A stretch of 63,259 bases of DNA, counting the filler, from Octopus bimaculoides (lineage: Eukaryota), in NCBI RefSeq assembly GCF_001194135.2. It is 6 parts of 4 records of this genome, joined end to end, with 100 filler letters (N's around TTAATTAATTAA, not from the genome) between each part and the next. Parts side by side here need not be neighbours in the genome. Positions count along the whole stretch, not along the records: positions 38,367 to 46,373 come from NC_068988.1; positions 46,474 to 53,562 come from NC_068983.1; 4 more parts are not named here. One strand, given 5' to 3'. The position numbers were made by a program, and so were the translations under genes. This document shows, piece by piece, positions 38,367-51,258 of the stretch (positions are counted from its first letter, which is position 1; each line of letters opens with the position of its first letter). Under the pieces are notes generated by a model that ran no database searches, was not told where the DNA came from, and saw only the letters and a list, made by a program, of their open reading frames with translations.

Positions 38367-38826
38367 TGTGTGTGTGTGTGTGTGTGTGTATTGAAAAGAC
38401 GAGAAATGTAGCTTAAATTATATTTCAACCATCAATCATTTTCACAAGCTTGACTTTTGTCTGAGATTATAGGCATTTCACATGCATTTATGCAAGACAA
38501 CATATGTTGCACGTGGTTATTTGACCAGCAAAAAATAGCCTCTAAATGTTCTACATATGATACACTACCGTCCTAAAATAACAGGACACATTGAATAATA
38601 TAGTCCTAGATATACTATGCCTGAAAAACTCACATGAGGAGCCCCTTTGATCACAGGTCTACGCAAAGACGACTTTGGGGTTAAACAACAACAGCAGCAA
38701 CAACAACAACAACAACAACAACACCACCAACAACAACAACAACACCAACAACATCATCAAATAGGAGTCTCAATGCTAGAAATAGGAACCAAATTACAGA
38801 GTATAAGACACTCAGACCTCAAAACT

Positions 38827-38909
<83 letters not shown>

Positions 38910-39549
38910 CGTAGCAGATTACATGGACTCCAGAATCAATACAGTAATTTGAGGGTGAATTATATTTTTTCAACGTGTTATATAGTTGAGAAATTCGTGA
39001 CAGATGGACCGCTGACAAGGAAGAGTCTGTCATCGTCTGAATTACGTCTTACTCGAAGTCTGATACAAATGATACTTATAGGGACACCTGGCTATTCTAG
39101 CACCTTAACCTCGAAATCATCAAGTCACAGTGTTTGGGGATGCATCAGAAAGGCGTAGACAGGTTCAAAAGTTAGAAGGAGCGAGTACGTAAGAAAAAAA
39201 GCGCCGTGGCACATACCAAACAACTGTTCACTTATTTCGCTTACATTACACGAAATATTTCATTAGTTATACGCAATTGTAGCCTACATTCATTAATTTC
39301 ATGTGTCAGTAACAATGTCATTATGTACGAAACTTACAACTACTGATATAGGCGTCACGTGAAAAGGATGAAACTCCACAGGATCGTCCAGTGTCGAGAG
39401 GTTATGATATCAGGGTTTGATCTGGTTCTTCAGTTGTCAGCAGCTAGCAACACACCACAAGGAATTGAGCAGACAGCTCAAAAACACGAGAGGTTGGTCA
39501 AATAAAGTAATGACTCCAGAAAGTTCTTCCAAGGCTATACAATTAACAT

Positions 39550-39609
<60 letters not shown>

Positions 39610-40243
39610 GAGAGAGAGAGAGATTCAACTTTTATCGCACAAGTGAACTAACAAGTTTAAAAAATTGTGCGATCGGAAGGAGCGGTCGCCCTCGCTTGCT
39701 CCTCAATTAGCTACANNNNNNNNNNAACAAGTTTAAAAAATTGTGCGATCGGAAGGAGCGGTCGCCCTCGCTTGCTCCTCAATTAGCTACACCACTAATC
39801 AGTATTCCATAATGCGATGCATAATTGAGGGAGTGTGTATGCATTTTTATTGTTTTTTTTTTTTTTTACTTATTTCTTATTTATTTTTTGAACTCATTTT
39901 CTTTTACTATTTTTACTTTGTATCTTTGTAAATTATTTTTTTTCTATATGTATACAAATAAGTTTTAATAAATAGAATGATGTAATATTTCAGTGAAATT
40001 TTAAATCTGTGTTAAACAACAATCAGGTTTGTATTTGTAGCATTTTCAATTTTAAAATTATCGCTCTGAAACTTGGTCTATGTACTTCACAGGATGCAAC
40101 GGACTTCACGAATGAGGTTGTTTGCAAATGCGATGAAAAATTATACTACCATCATTATTATCATCACATCCATCATTATCAACAGTTGTAGCTGCATTAT
40201 AAGGCCTCTGGCAAATCAATGCATTGACCCCTATAGAATTTTT

Positions 40244-40715
40244 GGTGCCACTTTAGCGTGCGGTCTACCGCAGTATCCTGTCTACGCTGTGAAATACTTT
40301 TAGCGTGCGGTCTACGTTTTCTTACTCTCTTAACCTGAGTTAATTTTAATCGTTACAATGCTTTTAAAGGATTTCTATAGACGTATGATTTTTGCAGAGG
40401 AAACAGCAGTTGCATTTTTACAAGAAAACAATCTTCTGGATACATCACAAGAAGAAGACCCTTGTCATCGATGTGGTAGCGCCATGCAAGAAAAACGAAA
40501 ACGTGTCAGAAGTGGAGAACACCAGCCTATATTTCGATTCAATTTGTTTTTATCAAAATTCAATTTGCTTTTATCATCCTGTAATATAAAGTACTTATAG
40601 TGGAGATAGATCGCATGCTAAAGAGTAAAAGGGTAAGAAAAGGTAGACCGCTTGCTTAAAGTAATTTCACAGCGAAGACAGGATACTGCGGTAGACCGCA
40701 CACTAAAGTAGCACC
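40244..40715 (+). mobile_element. Merlin (IS1016/IS1595-like) DNA transposon, internal-deletion derivative
   Basis: About 82-bp TIRs starting GG / ending CC (40244-40325, 40633-40715); perfect 8-bp TSD GAATTTTT (40236-40243, 40716-40723); ORF 40358-40600 EETAVAFLQENNLL..PCHRCGSAM resembles the Merlin N-terminal Zn ribbon. Confidence 0.85.
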
Positions 40716-41244
40716 GAATTTTTTGAACGACTTATTCACCGTTCATTTCGTGTAAATTATTCTATGCACTATTCAAGCACTTGTGATTACGTTTTCTGAT
40801 GAGTCTGTAGTGCACCTGAGCACTGTATAAAATAAGTTCATCATTATTGATAGTAAGCTACAGCATACCCGTCCAACCATTCAATTTCGTCGCTCATTAT
40901 TTCTGGGAAAGTGATGGGGGTAGAGTCCTTAGGCACCTTCCCCATAGGCGCCTATCTGAAGCAACCGCCATTAAACTTTCCTGCTGGATTTCCAAGCGTG
41001 ACTAACTTAGACTATGGATATTATTCAGCCACCTCATTCGTGATCTACCCACTAGGCCACTGCATACATAGATCAGAATTGGGATCCTGGACCTGTGAGG
41101 CTCCCGGGTAACTATCGGTGTGTCTATGCTTTAAGAAGGTACTGCATCTAACCACCAGTTCGCCATAATACTTGCCAGAAGCAATAGCCTCGGTCGCTGT
41201 CAACAAAAAACACTACTATCAGCCATCACAATCATCAACGGCGC

Positions 41245-41269
41245 AACCAGCAGCAGCAGCACCACCACC

Positions 41270-41350
<81 letters not shown>

Positions 41351-41365
41351 CCCACCCACCACCAC
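41245..41365. repeat. (CAG)/(CAC)/(TAC)n compound repeat
   Basis: Read directly. Confidence 0.95.
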
Positions 41366-41585
41366 ATTTCCGCCCTTCACCACTTGCACTTGCCGCGTCA
41401 CCAATACAGCAATCATTTTTGTCATCACCTCAGGCACCCCATAGCTACCACAATTAACAGCAATAACAACCACGCCCACCACAACCCACAGTAACTACAA
41501 TAGCAACATCAACAAGGCTACTATAATCCACATCATCACAAAAAAAAACAAAATAAACCAACAATTCTTCTACTACTACTACTAC

Positions 41586-41632
<47 letters not shown>

Positions 41633-41929
41633 TTACTTACTGAGCTGTGATTATAGAATTAATCAGGGATTAATGCGGTTCAAACAACATTTGCTATAAG
41701 TACGAAATCTCAGAAACCAACCTTTAACCTTCTGTGCATAGACTTATCAAATTATTTTGGCTGTCAAAATGGTAATATTAGAATCTAACTCAAAGGTCTA
41801 AAAAGTGAGGAAACAGCGGGTTCGCAAGTTCTTTTAATGTTGATGTTTTTGTTGCTGCTGTTGTTCTTGTTGCTGTTTGGCCCCAAATCGACTTTGATTC
41901 AGCAAACTTATGACCAAGAACGTTCCGCA

Positions 41930-42200
41930 TTATTTTTTGTCCACTTCGATCATACCTGGTCTCCTTGCTTCAATATTATGAGCATTTCTTATGGAGAAAT
42001 TTCTTATTAGTTTGTAATTATCATGCATCATCACATCCGCTAGTTTGTGATCATACCACTTTTCTTTCTCTTTGAATTCATAAACTTGGCTAACAGTTCA
42101 GTGTACTCGTTTATCAACACATTCATGCCAGCACTTATACTCTTTTTGTGCTAGCTTACTGCATTCAATTAGGAGATGGTTAATACTTTCATCTCCATTT
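41930..42200 (-). mobile_element. R4/Dong-like non-LTR retrotransposon fragment (Zn-knuckle to RLE region), decayed
   Basis: GDESINHLLIECSKLAQKEYKCWHECVDKRVH*..KWYDHKLADVMHDNYKLIRNFSIRNAHNIEARRPGMIEVDKK, matching the ET..HI...C..LA..EY..RHD and I.ARRPDI patterns of RLE-clade LINEs. Confidence 0.8.
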
Positions 42201-43854
42201 CCTGTATCTTCCTTTGAATCTCTACTGTGAGAATCCGTACGAGAAGCTGGAAAATACCAGTGAGCGTAGGAATCTGACTTTATTGTTCATAGTGATGTCT
42301 TTATTTCCCAATGTTGGTTTGTGTTTAATTAGTGCAGCCTTTGTTTGCAAGGTTTTTGCGAGGTATTGATCCATTTTTATTTAACAAATAAAAAGGATAC
42401 CACAGAAGAAAAAGAAGAGCCATATCATTATCATCGACTTATGGACAACTTACGAAGAGGACAAAAATAACGAAAGATAAAGCAAAATCATTTGATCTCT
42501 ACTTGGCAGTGTTATGAATGCCTCATGTGTGTAATAGCCATTCTATATAATCGCTGTGAAATCGTTGCCTTCGTTATCTTTATTATTATTTAGCACCAGA
42601 TCAATTCTGATTAAGAAAATCTGCGATCAAAAGCGCTCTTGTAACAATCACCGGATTTGAAAAATGGTAGCTTGTAATTTTAGAGTGATTCGGCTGTTAT
42701 TTCTGTACAGTTGAGTTGAATGACCACGTAGAGGTTCCCTCCACTATTGAATGAAACTTTGAATTCATTAGGTAATAAATAAAAGGGATCGCATTTCAAG
42801 TTCGGTTATGTCTTCTTATATTAAACAACTTAAAAACAATGCACAACCGTACTTAACTCAAGTATTAAGCTCTCCCTCTCTCTTTCTCTCTCTTTTCTTA
42901 TATAACCCCTAATATGTATAAATAAATAAATAAATAAATAAATACCAACCACTAGAAGTTGAAGAGACATTTGGCGCCATATGGAATGCAGTTGCGGAGC
43001 AATTTCAGTATTTTTTTTAATACCCATTTATTTGTTGCAATAGTCAGAATTTACTTTGACTGAAACTCCACTCCATTCCCTCATCTACCACCCGAACCTT
43101 CCCCTTTAACATACTCATAAAAAAAAATGGGGAGGCTAGGGATTATTTTAAGCGAAGCAACGCAACAAAATTATTGACTTGCCCTCCAGCTGTCACATTT
43201 AGAAAATTTGTTCGACATAGCAATAACTTGACAGCATTTTTGCGCTTGTATTTTGTTTCAAATATTTTTTTAATACTGTTATTGGATCACCATCATCATC
43301 ATCATCATTATTATTACCATCATACTTTCATTTCTTTATTTTTTAAAAAATTTTTATTTTTCCATTGTTCCACTTCGGTAATTTGATCTGGCATTATTTC
43401 GTCGTTTTGGTACCGATACAGTAGCATCATTCCTAGAACGAACACACAATATTAAGAGCAACAAGCGACCTATCGGGAGAATGGCTAATGGATGGATGTG
43501 TGTGTACGTACGAACGCATGTATGTTTGTATGCATGTTTGTATGCATGTATGTATGTATGTATGTGCATGCGTGTGTGTGTGTGTGCGCACGCGAATATT
43601 GTTCTAAGCATCAGAGCCAAAGCCACGCTGGAGCACAGTAGCGTAGTTGGGGTGGAGGCAGGGTAGTGGATTCCGCCTCGCTCAACGCTTTTATGAGGGC
43701 GCCAATTTAGGGTCTGCTGTATAAGTCTGTATCGGCTGTATTGAAATAAAGAGTTAGCGGGGGCGTTGGTAAACACAATGTGTAACTCGGTAGCAAGAGC
43801 GTGTGCCCCGGGCGGAAAGCCATCGCTGGAGTACACTGCCTATATGTATGTATG

Positions 43855-44340
43855 TTATCAATCAGTTTCATTTCTGTATTTCTTGTCCATGGAGAAAGAG
43901 CCGGACTCTAACATAGATTCAAGGCTCCTTCATTGGAACTTTTATCAACATCATCTAGGTATTTGTGCATATGTGTGTGTGTGTGCAGTATTTGGTGTTA
44001 GTGTATGCGCAGATTTGTATGTTTGTTTTATGGATGCGTTTTTATGTATATATTTTCATGTCTAGATGCATGCATATGTATTTATGTGCTAAATTTTTGG
44101 AAAGTTTTACATATCTTTACAGTTCCATTGATGATTTGAATCTGTAGTCTTCTAATCAGCCTTTTTCTTTCAGGTTTTGAGAACCCTAATTTTTCCAGGT
44201 TTTTGTTGAGGCAGTTCGTTACATATCCAAATGCCCCAACAATCACGGGTATGAATCTGAACTTGTAGTCTGGGTGGAGTATCTGCAAATTTCTCAGTAG
44301 CTCGACGTAGTTGATCTCTTTTTCTCTAATCTTTAGTGTG
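43855..44340 (-). mobile_element. R4/Dong-like RLE LINE 3' end (ORF C-terminus + 3' UTR) set in (CATA)n
   Basis: LKIREKEINYVELLRNLQILHPDYKFRFIPVIVGAFGYVTNCLNKNLEKLG..LQIQIINGTVKICKTF, stop at 44082; (TATG)n on both sides (43843-43854 and 44341-44460). Confidence 0.8.
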
Positions 44341-45167
44341 ATGTATGTATGTATGTATGTATGTATGTATGTATGTATGTATGTATGTATGTATGTATGT
44401 ACGTACGTATGTATGTATGTATGTATGTATGTATGTATGTATGTATGTATGTATGCATGCATGCATGTGTATGTATGGAAGCATATTATTCTAATTCACT
44501 GTATTTGATTCCTTACCAAGAAGTATTTAGTATTTAAATAACGTTATAGAGTTTGATGCTAAATTTTAGAAAAATCTTAGTGTTCTACTATAAAATACTA
44601 ATTTTAATTTCTTTGTATTTTTTTCAGTTATTGGATCGAGGTCATGCTGGGGCACCGTCCTGAACGGTTTAGTTGAACAAATCAAGAAAATAACTGTTTA
44701 AAATGTACGAAATTTAAGTTAGTACAAACACGTTTGCGACATATTTAACTTCTAAAGGTAACTCTACTGCAGTGTATCGTGCAGGAAAAATTCTCGCTTT
44801 TGGTAAAAGATGTAAAAACACCCTTATCAGATCAATGGTACCCTCCTTCGGACTCCAAGACGCGTTTCTGGTTCGTTAGCCTTCTTCCGCAGAAGACACC
44901 GAAAATGTGCCAAACCAATATGTAAAGTGATGAGAATCATGTGCAACTGAGGGCGATTGTATCGTACATAATGAGTTTAACGAGGAATAAGTCGATGTAT
45001 GCAACAAGCACAGTCAGTCAAACTTTCCTTAGAACCAGACTCAATTTTTTGCCTAGTTTACAACATCACTGCCTGGTTCTTCGTTGCGCCTTTAACTGCT
45101 CCACTCTGTTGCAAGCATTCGAACCTGATCTCCGATCTTATTTTTTTTTTACCTTTCGTCTTTAACT

Positions 45168-45380
45168 TTTACTTATTTCTGTCATTGGATTGTGGTCATG
45201 CTGGAACACCACCTTGAAGGGTTTAGTCGAACAAATTGACCCCAGTATTTCTGTTTTTTTTTCTTTTAAATCTAATATTTATTTTATCGGTCTCTTTTGC
45301 TGAACCACTATATTACGGTGACATAAACAGATCAGCACCTGTTGTCAAGCGATGGTGGAGGGACAAACACAAACCCAAAG

Positions 45381-45414
<34 letters not shown>

Positions 45415-45575
45415 CAGACTTCTACACAGTTTTCCCTCTACCAAATTGGCTCACACGGCATTTATCAGTCCGGTACTTCTACTATAGAAGAAGATACTTG
45501 CCACAAGTGCCACGCAGTGATATTGAACCTGAACCACGTGGTCGCAAAGCGAGCTTCTTAACCGCACAGCCATGA
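45168..45575 (-). mobile_element. SINE family A, near full length
   Basis: Homologous along its length to 6322-6705 in reverse orientation. Confidence 0.85.
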
Positions 45576-46018
45576 CATCGCAACTAATTTTTTTATAGTA
45601 TGGTCCAGTCAAATATCTGAAATATTGGTATCAATCAAATACTGTCAGCGCATTTTGTTATATTGCCTAGTTGTAAGAAAAGCTTCGGATGCTATATATA
45701 TATATATATTTTAAAGACTGGTATCATAATCTTAGACAATGCAATATCTAGAGTTTTTACTTTGGGTGTTATGCATGTATGGGAATTTTGAATGTTTTTC
45801 TTTTTGCAAAGTATGTGCACATCTATGACTGTAATCATCAATTAAACACACACCCGCACACAGACATAATAAAGGAAAAAATGTATAGTAAATACACAAC
45901 CATAAAGTAAAAAGCGTATGACGTATACTGAGTACACAAACGGACGGAAAACAGACACAGAGTGTCCCTAATTTTTCTTCAGTTATCAACCTGATGGTAT
46001 TACTCAGTTTCGCATCAT

Positions 46019-46053
<35 letters not shown>

Positions 46054-46373
46054 TAGTTTTAGGGAAAATAACCAATTTTCAAGAACTCATCGATGAAAAT
46101 CCACTATCACATATAGAAAAATTAATAATTAAAAGCACAATAAATGAGTATAATATAAAGTAAAGTAAATATCATAAGATAAATATAATAAAAAGATTAC
46201 ACGTGTTTCATAACCAATTTTCATAACCAATTTGTAGAAATAAATAATCTTGTATTTTTCTATTATTCAATTGATCTTTAATTATAATTAAATAAACGTC
46301 TTTAGCTTTAAATAGTATAGCTTTAACTATTACACCGGTTAAATATGTACTAATTTTATCTTCATTATTATTT

Positions 46374-46473
46374 NNNNNNNNNNNNNNNNNNNNNNNNNNN
46401 NNNNNNNNNNNNNNNNNTTAATTAATTAANNNNNNNNNNNNNNNNNNNNNNNNNNNNNNNNNNNNNNNNNNNN
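46374..46473. other. Artificial scaffold linker
   Basis: 44N + TTAATTAATTAA (46418-46429) + 44N. Confidence 0.95.
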
Positions 46474-47705
46474 ATATTTATATGTAATATATATATGCAT
46501 ATATACACACATATACATTACATACATCTATATTTATATGTAATATATATATGCATATATGGCGAGAGGACATCACAAAACGTAAACAACATGAAATAAG
46601 AAAGCATCATGAAATACGAAGACAAACTTGGGTATGCGAACAACGAGAGAATCAAATGGAAAACAAGACAAGTAACATAAAGATCGACCCTTCATCAGTT
46701 GTCGGCTGTCCATCTACTCCTCATTTCGAGCAAATAACGACAATATGTGGCTTCAAAAGACAGTTGGTCCCGCAAGCCAAAATAAAATTTGGGATTTGCG
46801 AAGGGTCAAGTTTATCTTATTGTGCTGATGAACGAAATCTAGATTCATTCTAGTAATCGCAAAATCGGTCGATACACAGTTAAGTTTATTTAAAAGAAAG
46901 TTGGTCATCTTCTGTTGGTTGTTTTTCCTCGCATTACGTACTAAATGTGGTTATTTTGAGAAGTCCACTGTGTGGCGTTATCATTTTTCTGTAGTAATGC
47001 CCTTTATATAAATATAAACGAATATATATATATATTTGTATGTATACACGAGCGCACATACCCACACACAAACACATACACAGCCACATAAACACATACA
47101 CACAGATACACACANNNNNNNNNNNNNNNNNNNNNNNNNNNNNNNNNNNNNNNNNNNNNNNNNNNNNNNNNNNNNNNNNNNNNNNNNNNNNNNNNNNNNN
47201 NNNNNNNNNNNNNNNNNNNNNNNNNNNNNNNNNNNNNNNNNNNNNNNNNNNNNNNNNNNNNNNNNNNNNNNNNNNNNTTGTGCTGATGAACGAAATCTAG
47301 ATTCATTCTAGTAATCGCAAAATCGGTCGATACACAGTTAAGTTTATTTAAAAGAAAGTTGGTCATCTTCAGTTGGTTGTTTTTCCTCGCATTAGGTACT
47401 AAATGTGGTTATTTTGAGAAGTCCACTGTGTGGCGTTATCATTTTTCTGTAGTAATGCCCTTTATATAAATATAAACGAATATATATATATATTTGTATG
47501 TATACACGAGCGCACATACCCACACACAAACACATACACAGCCACATAAACACATACACACAGATACACACACACGCACGCACACACACACATACACACA
47601 CACACTCACACCAACACTCACGCTGCAAACTCGTTAACTAGCACCAATAGCGTGTCCACTTCGGCCGATATTGGGCATTTGTATACCGTACACTGGATAT
47701 GATAA

Positions 47706-48751
47706 CACTGGGCAACAAAAAATTCTTTTTCATGCTATTTAAACTTTTTCAGCTGATTTAGGGTAATTTTAGGGTGTTGAATCCAAATCTGACATCAGTT
47801 TCAGACAAAATGTATATTTTTTTTTTAGTTATTCACGGCATCATATTTTCCAACCAATTGATAATGTTGACAAAGTAGTAGGCTATTTGCTTTCGCTTTT
47901 CATTCAGATACTTGGCTTGTTCATATACCAGGCTCGTTTAAGAATTTTGTTAAGGCCATGAATGAAGACGGTGATGGATTCAAATATCTCAATGAAAAAA
48001 TTGTTTCTAGTAAGAGTGAAGCTAAGATCAAATCTGGTGTTTTAATGGGCCAGAAATTCGCACACTAATTTGTGAAGAGCTTTTTCAAGAAAAATTAAAC
48101 CCAGTAGAGTAAACTGCTTGGGAAAAGTTTCTCTTGTAAAAAGGTTTTTGGGAAATGAAAAATAATCTAACTACATTGCAATTGTGAATGAGTTTTTGAT
48201 AGCTTATAAGCAACTTGGAGTAAGAATGTCACTAAAAATTCATTTTCCCCACTCTCATGACGTTTTTTCCCACCCAATATGGGTGATGTAAGCGTTGAGC
48301 ATGGTGAACGATTTCATCAAGAAATCAAAGAACTAGAAAGCCGCTACAGAGGCAGACATACAAACATGCTGGCGGACTACTGCTGGTTTTTAAAACGAAA
48401 AGCGGAAATGCAACATACACATAAAAGAAAACGCCAAAGCTATCTTTGAAAAATATGAAATGAATAATATTCGCTTTACACTTTTGTTTTGTGCTTTATT
48501 GGTTTTAGAGCTACTTGTCTACCTAGTTGCTATCGTTCTTATACCAAATAACGGTAATTTACGATTAACATAACATTCATTTTATTTGTCATGAATATTC
48601 ACATTATTGTAATTTTGATAACAGTATAATAATGACAGCGCAAAACGTCACGTGCTAGATTAAACATGATTGCAGATTCGGAATCAGCGCTCCCAAATTA
48701 CCTATGAGCACAATTTTCGTCAAATAGCAGCAAAATTTTTGTTGCCTAGTG
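47706..48751 (+). mobile_element. Chapaev3-like (CMC group) DNA transposon, internally deleted and decayed
   Basis: TIRs CACTGGGCAACAAAAAATT / AAATTTTTGTTGCCTAGTG; 3-bp TSD TAA on both sides (47703-47705, 48752-48754); transposase remnants KNFVKAM..GFKYL..SEAKIKSG and VSVEHGERFHQEI..RYRG..MLADYCW. Superfamily label from recalled motifs. Confidence 0.8.
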
Positions 48752-49025
48752 TAATCAATATCGCAATTAACAGAATATACAGTTTATACTTTTTGATATT
48801 ATATAACATTAAGGTATATAATAATTTTAATAACTTTGATAGGCTTCGGCCAGTACAGGCCCAGGCCGTGTCTAACGAAATAGCACTAGAAATTTGTTTA
48901 AACCAATAGGCACGGCTGTGCGCTTAGAAATTTGTAGTGTGTTGGACATCTACTATTTTAGTCCCGGATCGAGCAAAGCCTGTTCAGTGGATTCGGTTGG
49001 TGAAAAATGAAAGAGATCCTTTGTG

Positions 49026-49093
<68 letters not shown>

Positions 49094-49250
49094 AATCTAT
49101 CTATCTATATATGAATATATATCGAGTTGGATGGCGAACAAAAGTGTGGAGTGGAGTGAAAGCATTTTAAGAGGCCAGGATAATGCATGTAAGACTCAAA
49201 TTATGATGCTATGATGCTAGGTGTTTCAATTATTTTGTCCAACTCCTGTG

Positions 49251-49287
<37 letters not shown>

Positions 49288-49374
49288 TCTAATGATCCTA
49301 GAGATGGTCATGGGGTGGTTATCTCCCCTGTCAGTATGCGTATATATTGCGCTATANNNNNNNNNNAGGAGGCG

Positions 49375-49650
49375 CAGGAGGGGCAGGAGTGGCTGTGTGG
49401 TAAATAACTTGCTCACCAATCACATGGTTCTAGGTTCATTCCCACTGCGTGGCACCTTGGGCAAGTGTCTAGTATTAAAAACCTCGGGCCGATCAAAGCC
49501 TTGTGAGTGGATTTGGTAGATGGAAACTGAAAGAAGCCCGTCGTATATATGTATATATATATGCATGTGTGTATATGTTTGTGTGTCTGTGTTTGTTCCC
49601 CCCACTATCGCTTGACAACTGATGGTGGTGTGTTTACATCCCTGTAACTT
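49375..49650 (+). mobile_element. SINE family A, 5' two-thirds
   Basis: GGAGTGGCTGTGTGGTAA head, GGTTCATTCCC B box, GGAAACTGAAAGAAGCCCGTCG, internal microsatellite. Confidence 0.85.
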
Positions 49651-50409
49651 AGTGTTTCAGCAACTATATCCAACAACCAGGTACTTATAAATGCAAGAAG
49701 AATACACATCCAAGTAGATAATACGTATTCATGTCTGACAAATAAATCCAGAAAATAGCATCCTTAAATGCAGAATTCACCTCACAAAGCCGACAATTGT
49801 TTCTGTTGTATCAACATATTTAGATATAGAAAATATCATTGAAAGTATTATCTTAATTACAGGATAGGATTGATTTCACAGATGATACAATTCGATACAA
49901 CTTTGAACTAAACACAATTGTGCAGCTGTGTCCTGCTCAATCATCATTCGTTGGAGCAGCAAGGGCATATCTATATGTACATGTGGCTGAAGGTATATAC
50001 ATACATGTACATATATATGCATATACTCATATATTGTTTATATATATATATATANNNNNNNNNNNNNNNNNNNNNNNNNNNNNNNNNNNNNNNNNNNNNN
50101 NNNNNNNNNNNNNNNNNNNNNNNNNNNNNNNNNNNNNNNNNNNNNNNNNNNNNNNNNNNNNNNNNNNNNNNNNNNNNNNNNNNNNNNNNNNNNNNNNNNN
50201 NNNNNNNNNNNNNNNNNNNNNNNNNNNNNNNNNNNNNNNNNNNNNNNNNNNNNNNNNNNNNNNNNNNNNNNNNNNNNNNNNNNNNNNNNNNNNNNNNNNN
50301 NNNNNNNNNNNNNNNNNNNNNNNNNNNNNNNNNNNNNNNNNNNNNNNNNNNNNNNNNNNNNNNNNNNNNNNNNNNNNNNNNNNNNNNNNNNNNNNNNNNN
50401 NNNNNNNNN

Positions 50410-50432
50410 ATGGAAACTGAAAGAAGCCCGTC

Positions 50433-50480
<48 letters not shown>

Positions 50481-50700
50481 GTGTGTGTGTGTGTGGGGGG
50501 GGGTTGTGTGTCTGTGTTTGTCCCCCCCCCCATCGCTTGATAGCCGATGCTTGTGTGTTTACGTCTCCGTAACTTAGCGGTTCGGCATAAGAGACTGATA
50601 GAATAAGTACTAGGCCTACAAGGAATAAGTCCTGTGGTCGATTTGCTCGCCTAAAGGCGGTGCTCCAGCATGTCCGCAGTCAAATGGAAGAAAAAAATTA
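50410..50700 (+). mobile_element. SINE family A, 3' part
   Basis: GGAAACTGAAAGAAGCCCGTCG...GGCGGTGCTCCAGCATG; head lost in the gap. Confidence 0.85.
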
Positions 50701-51219
50701 AGATACATATATATATATCTGATTTCAATGCATCCGATTCCCATATGTGTGCATTGCATTCATGTTAAACAATTCTACTTGTAAGTATATATCATTTTGT
50801 AAGCATACACACAGGCATACGCATACACATACAACCCTACATACATACACACACACACAAACTTATATTTATATATATTTGTAAATTGACGCATATTTCA
50901 TATACTTTGCGCACAGTATTCACATGAGATATTTAGTCTACTGAAGTTTATATATATACTTATGAAAATTCTCACTTTTCTCTTCATATACTTCAGTATA
51001 TTCCGTACCAGTATAAGAAAATATATACATACATAAACATACATACATTTACATATACATACATACATACATATACACACACACACTCACACACATATAT
51101 ATATACGTATGTATGTATACGTGTGTGCGTAAAAATCCATAAATATTTATATATCCATATGTGCGTATCCGTTTGCATGTATATATATATGCCTACTGAC
51201 ACACAGACGCGCGCACACA

Positions 51220-51258
<39 letters not shown>

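Noticed and set aside
39671-39685. GATCGGAAGGAGCGG resembling an Illumina adapter
   Set aside because: Has an extra G, diverges immediately afterwards and lies mid-contig; likely coincidental.
46685-46850. CTGATGA motifs (minus strand near 46700; plus strand CTGATGAACGAAA near 46826)
   Set aside because: The first has no matching GAAA or stem II; the second has no stem II and a poor cleavage triplet.
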